A stretch of 64,000 bases of DNA from Lingula anatina (taxonomy: Eukaryota; Animalia; Brachiopoda). The notes beneath the pieces were generated by a model. It was not told where the DNA came from. It saw nothing but the letters and a program-made list of their open reading frames with translations, and made no database searches. The stretch spans positions 39,066,401 to 39,130,400 of the forward strand of contig CM120641.1 in assembly GCA_051362555.1 (NCBI GenBank), given 5' to 3'. Position numbers and translations under genes: made by a program. Numbering within the stretch: the stretch's first letter is position 1; each line of letters starts with the position of its first letter. This document shows, one piece after another, positions 56,496 to 64,000 of this stretch.

Positions 56496-59400
56496 TTAAA
56501 GTTCATCTTTCTTTTCAGGGGTTTTCCTTTTACACACTCCATTGTAGTCACAGTTTGTTGCATATTGCTTGTAATTCTTTTTAAACTCCTCATATGAGCA
56601 CATTTTGTGGCCACAGAAGGGCAACTGGACTAATTTCTCATTCACATAAACCTGGACCATTAAGTTCTGTATATCTTCGGGCCATCCATCACGCCTGTTC
56701 TCCTCTGAGGTCATACCCTCCTTATCACAGTGGTACAAGACAAATGCAATATTTCCAGCAAAAGGACTAATGACACTGCTCCTGAACTTCCTATTTCTGT
56801 GCACCCGAAAGTTATCTGCTCTCAGAGGCACCTCATCTTTGAATAACCCCAGAAGACAAAACAGAGGAAATATTGTTTCTGCATGACCAAATTGGAAAAC
56901 TGCCTTTGGATGTCTGAAAAGATAAGAAAAATGACACTTTAACTAATAACCTGAGGCAAGTAATTATTTTTTATGGAAAAAGTATCATTTCATCAATGCA
57001 TTGGGCAATCCAATAATTACTTGGGCCAAAGTTGGGACCCAGAGCCCCTGTGGTTATTAAAAAATGACTTATTATTGATTAATTTTTAAAAAAGGAAGGC
57101 AGCTACTTATTTATATTCCTTTGCTTCAAATGATCAACTTTGAGGATTTTGCTCCATAAACAATGCAAATTTTGTTCATTGTGTTTTGAGTGAACACTTT
57201 GGCAATTTTTAAACATTTTTTCTCATTTGCCAAAATTCAATACTGCTACAAAATATATATAATGATCCTAAGGAATTGATATACAATCAACACAACCAAG
57301 AAATATAATCTCTTTCCACTGTTCCTCAAACTATGCTCTTAAATCCTAATCTGTTTTAGAACACAGCATCTAATGTGTGACTTGAAAGGTGTCAAATCTC
57401 AGCTTTAGTGTTTATGGAATGTGTAGATATTACAAGGATGGTGCTGAAAATTCTGTGCACCCACTGAAGGAAAAATCAACACGTTTTACATGTTCTCCTC
57501 TGTAAGTATTGTAGCAGAGTATAAAGTATGAAAGATCACAATGGCAGGTGCAAGGGAAGGGGGGCACAACAGCACAGATCCCTCACCCTTTGCACTCTCC
57601 CTCTCAAGAAGTATAGCTGCATTACAAGGAGAACAAAACAAAACCAAGCATGAGGGTCCCATTGTTTTGTTTTTTTTTATCCGTGATAGCTTCTTTTTGT
57701 TTTTCCGAGATGCATGAATTGTTTGCATTTAAATATTTAGCGAGATCCATTAAGAGCACTGTTCCTGTGACTTGTAAAATGTTTTAATTCTTTATCGTTC
57801 TTGAAATGTAATGTATCACATACCCTTCCTTGCTATCAGCTGCTGAATCCAAGGTGTGTATGATATCTGCTAAAAGAGGACAGGACTGAGCATAATTGAC
57901 AACATAGCCATAGGACTTTTTCCAGTATTGCTGAAATAGAAATAAAATGCACAGTGTATAGAACAAGCACTGTGTTACAGACAAAGGACAGAATGACTGA
58001 ACATATACCTGTCATACGCATACTGATATTTTAGAAGAATATCTCACTAATTCCTTGCATATTGGGGTAAGTTTCCAAGATGTTAAAAAATAATTTATGA
58101 AATGCTAACCTTCAAATCAATTAATTTAGTCCCTGCATGTCAATTCTGTAAACAAGACTCCTGCATTATATTACAATAGGTATAACTTTGCATTTGGTAA
58201 TTGTTAATATAAAGAATATATGTAATTTTATTGAAATCTGTTATGTTGACATGGGCGAAAAACATTTCAAATATATGAAAAAAAATTGAAACTATGTAAA
58301 ATAGTTGTTACTAATGTATACTGACAGTCGATGAAAATGCATCATTTTTTTTATCAAAAAAGACCAAATAATATTTTAAGTTCCTTTGGAACATTAAGAA
58401 AATAACAGTTTTTGTGTGAAATATGACCCATTATTCAGTCAAACAAGGTGACTCTCTTATGACCAAACAAGGGTATTTGTACTCATTTATAAGGTTGAAA
58501 TTGATTCTCGGTAAAAAAAACAAGAAAGTTTTCTGATACGTTTTCATTGACTGTCAGTATATTTGTATAATCACAAGCTTTTCTACATTCTAGTCCATGC
58601 TAGGAGGAGGCTGTAAATATGACTGCATTCTGGGACAGTCACCATGGAGTTATAGTGTGCATTACCAAGGCTGACAAAATTCATTGTAAACAGTCCTTAA
58701 GAAATACAGCTGCTGTACGTTATAGATATCTCACCTTAAGATCATCAAGGTAATCCAGGACATGCAAATCTTCTAGGTTAAGTACATCACACCAGTGTGA
58801 AAAACCGTAAAAGGCAACCTCATAGGCACATATCCTAAATAATCCCATTAAATCATCTGGAAAGGAATATTATAACAATCACAAACCTACTACTATGTAC
58901 CTTAGGCAGTTTCTATCATGATATATATATATATGTGGTAATAAAAGTTGCACAGTTGTGCAGTTATAATTGCATCACCAGCATTAAATATTACAAGCAA
59001 TTTTGTATGACTAAGCATCTGGCAATTGGACTTTTTAAAAATTTAATATGAAACTGAAAAGAATAATTTTTTTTTAATAAAATAATTACCTCCATTTAAC
59101 TGGATGTTATTTTGCAGAGATAATTTTTCACCAAGGCTTGTTGCTAACTGCTTCATTTCTGGACCATTTTTGAACTTCTTCATTTCTGAATTTGCACTTT
59201 TATTGTGATCAACTCTGTCAAGGTAGTTTTGGCAATATTCAAAGAACCTCATGATATGATCATTGATGTTGATTTTTGGAGTTTCACCCACCCCTGCGAT
59301 TTTATTTATAAATGACTGGGCACTTTCAAGAGATCTAGATATTCTGGAAGAAACAATTTTCACTCTTGAAAAATCTGAAATAAGTTCGGGGAATGCTGTG

Positions 59401-59837
59401 GAGTATTTTACTGCAAGGTCTTCGTGTTCCCTTCGACCAACGTCCACCAATTGTTTTTCGTGAGAAAGCGGAAAGGAAGATTTCCAGTTGTTTAAATGGA
59501 CAAAGTCTGCATTTATCACATTGCCAACAACTTTTGTTGTACAAGCCTGCATTTTCTGTATGTCCTTTACACTCGGATGTCTTGTCCCATGTCTGAGGAC
59601 GACATTCAACTGTATTGGCTGGCACTGCATTGGACGGGGAGGGAAGACGAAACCATCTTTAATGTTTGCGGTTCGTCTGTACTTTAATAAGTTCTCGTAT
59701 GCTGTTTTGGATGAAAAACAAACATACTTCATTGCATCAGATTCGTTTGTTTTGCAATTTGAAAGTTCTGAAGCGAGTATGAAAATCAAAATTAACAACA
59801 CCAACGTAAACAACTTGCACTCCACGGGGGCTGACAT
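56496..59837 (-). CDS. MINPP1: Multiple inositol polyphosphate phosphatase 1 (histidine acid phosphatase); 4 exons, 464 aa
   Basis: Exons 59837-59090 (hydrophobic signal peptide, SSKTAY, catalytic RHGTRHP), 58856-58735 (CAYEVA...WC...LDYLDDLK), 57930-57824 (QYWKKSYGY..N..QSCPLL) and 56913-56496 (FGHAET, FRSSVISPFAGN, C-terminal KDEL). GT-AG junctions, phases 1/0/2 consistent, total 1395 nt. Confidence 0.95.
58321..58557. mobile_element. 237-bp MITE with TA TSD in MINPP1 intron 2
   Basis: 24-bp TIR CTGACAGTCGATGAAAATGCATCA vs CTGACAGTCAATGAAAACGTATCA, flanked by TATA on both sides. Confidence 0.78.
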
Positions 59838-60061
59838 TGTAGTAGACTCGCAGTAAATCTCTGTACGGCTGTATCATAATAATTAAATTTATTTTAATTT
59901 TGGTAAAAATTGCTTTTTAAAGAAAAATAGACTATTAGAATAAACTTAATTTGGAGTTTTGTTACTTCACTCATAATTAAATGCAATTGAATTCACAGAC
60001 CTGTCACGGACTCAATGTTAGCATAATCTATCAGTCTGCCGTCCCCACAGGAAACAGCATC

Positions 60062-60121
60062 ATGTCGGAAGAATTAGGAGCCAAAGAAGACCAAGAACAC
60101 GAATTTAAGAAAAAGAAAACG
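60062..60121 (+). CDS. Probable first coding exon of a gene divergent from MINPP1 (identity uncertain; PAPS-synthase-like N-terminus possible)
   Basis: ATG in cagcatcATG context, 20 codons MSEELGAKEDQEHEFKKKKT ending at a phase-0 donor acg|gtagga, starting 224 bp from the MINPP1 ATG. The rest of the gene is not visible in the window. Confidence 0.5.
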
Positions 60122-61106
60122 GTAGGAAAGATAAAACACACTATCAGTTTTTACTTTAGCAATGGCCCTTTTGCACTTTACCCAGGTAGTTTTACTATTG
60201 ATACATGAAGGGATCTTACATCTGCAGCTTACACTACTATTACTAAAGAGATAGCCACGTATTTGGCCACGATTACTTTAAATAAGAGCCTATCAGTATC
60301 TTACTAGAGTCGCCATTTTCTTGGTAAGATTAACCAGATTTTACCTTTATAACTTTGTAAAATATTTATTACTGGTTTTGGCGTGGAAAGAAGTTCAGTG
60401 ACACAAAGGTCACCATGGTCGTTGTTGTTGTTGTTGTAGCTCATTGAAAGCAGCTGTTGTACCAATGCCTATTATGTAGTATGTGTATATTTTGGATTGG
60501 CCAGCAGAGTCACAGTCATGTAAATGACTACATGCATTGGTCTGCATAACAAATGGGAGCACATTAATTAATTTGATAAGTATTTTGAGAGCAGACTGAA
60601 ACCAAGCGACTTTAAAATATAGATTGCTAGGTACATGTAGATCTACCATCTAGTGTGAAATGCAGTTATGTCATTCCACCATATTTTGATGCTTCCTGCT
60701 ATTTTATCTAAAATATTTTCATTCTTCTGCTATGATTTACTTGTTGATTTCTTTATGTACAGAACTGGATTAAAGCTGAATTCAGCTGCTGTAACTTTGA
60801 ACTTTAAAGACACCCAATATCAGACTGTCATTTTTACAATCAAACAGCAACTCAAGTGGGTTTAATATGAACTGTATATGCCTGAATAAGTATTATGGAA
60901 ATTTACATGTAATTTCACTATTTTGATGCCAGTTGTTATATTTGAAGAGAACCATAAATATAGATCAGTCAAGGACAAACATGTAGACAAGCAGACTTAA
61001 CAAGGAAGTTTTAGTCTCCTTAGAAGACAAAAATGTACAGAAAACATTGTATAAAAGAAGAGAGAAAATTCACTGCTGACTGCATACCAGATGTTTCTCA
61101 GCAAAA

Positions 61107-61394
61107 ATGTTTTCCCAATTAATTTACTGGAAGCTATTGAAAACAATTGGTACCAAATCCCGTACATTGGGATGTCGAGTAATGTGCAGTCTTTCAGTCA
61201 ATACAGTAGACAGTGAGTTACAAAATGGCAGAGATCCTCAGCATTACTTCTCACTGGACAAATACCAAAGACCAGGGCAGTTTCACAACTTGAAATATAT
61301 GCTCCGTCAATGGACAAGGGAACACTGGGATGCTTTGGCTGATGACATTGTCACCAAGACAACAGACAACAAGGTCAAGGCTGGTCTTATCCAG
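61107..61394 (+). CDS. Candidate alternative first coding exon of the same divergent gene
   Basis: caaaaATG start, 96 open codons with protein-like composition (MFSQLIYWKLLKTIGTKSRTLGCRVMCSLS...DALADDIVTKTTDNKVKAGLIQ) ending at a phase-0 donor cag|gtcagt. No family recognised. Confidence 0.35.
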
Positions 61395-62757
61395 GTCAGT
61401 ACCTTGTTCCAAGGGATGAGCTGTACCACGTCAGATTTTGCTTAGAACTAACACATATTTGTCGTACTTACTTTTGATTTGTAGCTGCCTGAGTAGTGCA
61501 AATGTTTTTAATGGATTGCAATCAAATATTTTGAGGTGTTACCCTGAAGCTTTCTATGAACTGAATCTTTTCATGATTAGAATAGAAGATGGGATACTAT
61601 CGCATTATGAGGATGCATATAGCCTGGTTTACTTGTTACCCTCTCTCTCATGATTTATGTGTGTTGCATGATGGGAGCATGCAGGACTTCTTTTGCTTTT
61701 TTTCGTGACCAGTCCGAAAGATACTGGCAAATTCTCTATTTATCTTCCTGTCATAGCCTTTTTTACACCCTTGGGTTCAAAGAAGCATGGGACTACACAT
61801 ATATGCTTAAATGAATCTGCAAAAATGAATGCCTTTATCTTAAAGTTTATCTTTATGCAAATGTTAATATAAACTTTTTATCGTTTAACTTTTAATCTTT
61901 TGAGTGTAAAAATAAAAAATTGCCAGAAAGAAATATTCGAAAATTCAAAGATGATGCAAAAAATTCCTATATTGGTATCAGTATTCAGCAAAAAGTGAAT
62001 TAAATCATATGTCAGTAGCTTATACACCACCATGAGAACATGAGCTGGACCAAAAAGCCATTACAAATTTAACATAGCTACCATGTCCCTTTTTCTGCTT
62101 GACTTGAAATCACAAAATTGCATGCTACTAAGACATATGATGCAAATTTGGCTTTCAAGTATTAATATGTTTTTAACTGGACCAAACCTGGTCTGTATTT
62201 CAGCTAAATAAGTAAATACTTTTTTCAAATGATCTATCCATCTTGTTAACATGACATTTCAGTTTGAATAGTTTTTGAACTTGCCTAAAATGATACCACA
62301 GTTAAATAGATGTCATGTAGCTCTAAGCTTGGCACTTGGTACTAAAACAATGTGGCGTAATTTCATGGTCAAACAAAAGGTCAAACATAATATGTTTTCT
62401 TGTGGAAGTTGTTAGGTTCAGATAAGCTTAGCAATTTTCCAGAAATACGATTTATATATGAATAGGATTTACATACATTGAAAAGTAGGCATGAAACTGG
62501 CTGAAGAAAATTTGTGATATTTGTTCATTTTTCATCAATTTGATTTTCATTTAGTGAAAAATTAAAAAGTGCTTTAATGACCCCATTGTTTTTGCTATGT
62601 TTTGGGTCTGATGAGTTTTTGTTGATTTTGCTATTTTCTTTCCTTTGAATTAATGAACATATATACATATAACATTTATTAATAGCTCACTTATGGTGTT
62701 GCTTTTTTAATATTGACAATTTCACTTGCTGGCAAGTTTGGCTTTCTTAATCAACAC

Positions 62758-63869
62758 TTTTTTTTTTTTTTTTTTTTTTTTTTATTGAAAAATTTCAGTA
62801 TAAGAAAGTACATATACCCAAGTATGGTAAATGCACACTGCATACTCTCTCTCTTACACACACTCTCTCTCTCACACACACGAATACAAGTTTATAATCT
62901 CATGAACAATAGGTGTAATAATAATAATAATAATAATAATAATTAAGATCGATACCACAATGTATTCATCCATAACTACAACATATTATTAAACAAGCAA
63001 AAAGTGCAAAATATTAGTTTGCTGAAGCTAATTAAATTCAAACATGTCTGACCAATTTTCCCATTTTTTTTCAAAGTTTGTTAAATTTAGCTTTTTTAAT
63101 GCATTGAATTTTTCTATTATAAATTGATCCTTTATGTAATTTATGAGTGAAGAAAGACGCATACATTCTTTCTTTTTGAAACTTTTGTAAATATAGAATT
63201 TCGTACAAAGAATAACAAAATTAATTGGGCTGTTTGGGTTTGTTGGATAGCCGAAAAGGATGCATTTTTCATTAAAGGTAATGTTTTTATTCGTTCTGTT
63301 AAAGATGTAAGCTTTCAGTTCTTCCCAAATTTTTTTACTATACGCGCATTGGAAGAAAGTATGCGAAATGTCTTCCCTTGCAACACCACAAAGAGAACAG
63401 ACGTCATCGTTTTCAATCCCTATAGTTTTTAAATATGATTTAACAGGCAGGAGCCTATGTATTATGCGGTATTGGAACCACTGCAGTTTGGTGTTCTTTG
63501 TTGTTTCGAAACAGTTCTTATAGACATCTTTCCAATGTACATCAAAATTTGACTTTGCGTTCCATTTTTTTTCATTTGTCATTCGTGTAGCTGGCTTGTA
63601 GAGAGTTTGATAAAAGTCTCTACAGCCTTTACTATGTTTGATAAGAAGCTCTATTGCTTGAGGCAAAAAAGGGTGAGAGGTGATCTCAAGAACATCGTTA
63701 TGCGTTTTATTCATAAGCCTGTGCTTAATAGAGTTTCGTATACCATAAAATGTAAGCGCACAACAGTTTTGTAGGCTAAATTTTTGTTCAAATTCTTCCT
63801 TTGTTAAAATTCTGTTATTTTCAAGAAAATCGCTAACAATTTTGACGCCTTTGTTAAACCATTTTCTTA
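62758..63869 (-). mobile_element. 5'-truncated L1/Tx1-clade non-LTR retrotransposon
   Basis: Minus-strand ORF2 C-terminus, 3' UTR with microsatellites, AATAAA running into a poly(A) tail (T run from 62758 on +), and TSD TAATCAACAC(TTTTT) at 62748 and 63870. Confidence 0.88.
63028..63869 (-). CDS. LINE ORF2 C-terminal fragment (zf-RVT CCHC region)
   Basis: About 280 uninterrupted codons with KLQWFQYRIIHRLLP and CSLCGVAREDISHTFFQC...IW motifs, typical of the L1/Tx1 ORF2 zinc-binding region. Endonuclease and RT domains are absent (truncated). Confidence 0.85.
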
Positions 63870-64000
63870 TAATCAACACTTTTTGTAAACTCTTTCATGA
63901 AATAAAATTTACATTCCAACATTGTGAAAACTGCCTTAATTAAGTACTAATTCAAGGTATGTAAACTTAACTAGTTTGTAGGGTCTGTGCTAACTTTCTC

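Noticed and set aside
59263-59856. Several overlapping plus-strand ORFs
   Set aside because: These are antisense or alternative frames of MINPP1 exon 1.
63870-63879. Listed start of the 283-aa LINE ORF
   Set aside because: These bases belong to the target-site duplication; the ORF is a 5'-truncated fragment without its own start.

Overview
AT-rich, intron-rich animal genomic DNA (probably an invertebrate; the taxon cannot be fixed from sequence alone). It contains three complete spliced genes that I reconstructed exon by exon with consistent GT-AG junctions and phases. These are a KLF6/7 Kruppel-like factor (minus strand, 3 coding exons, 283 aa), an IKK-alpha/beta-type IkB kinase (plus strand, 19 coding exons, about 780 aa) and MINPP1 (minus strand, 4 exons, 464 aa, ending KDEL). 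The 5' end of a probable fourth gene lies head-to-head with MINPP1. Mobile DNA includes a 3.66-kb CMC/EnSpm-like element with palindromic CCTATAGG arrays and a decayed BEN-domain exon, a 5.2-kb decayed Kolobok-like element in IKK intron 14, two CAGG...CCTG elements with 5-bp TSDs, TA-flanked MITEs, and a young 5'-truncated L1/Tx1-type LINE with poly(A) tail and TSD. The most interesting leads are: (1) the BEN element, whose repeat unit nearly matches the known BEN DNA motif; (2) two canonical kB sites at the IKK 5' end; (3) a transposon-derived in-frame donor that could yield a kinase-less IKK isoform; and (4) candidate alternative first exons next to MINPP1. No prokaryotic systems, CRISPR arrays or tRNA/rRNA genes were seen.
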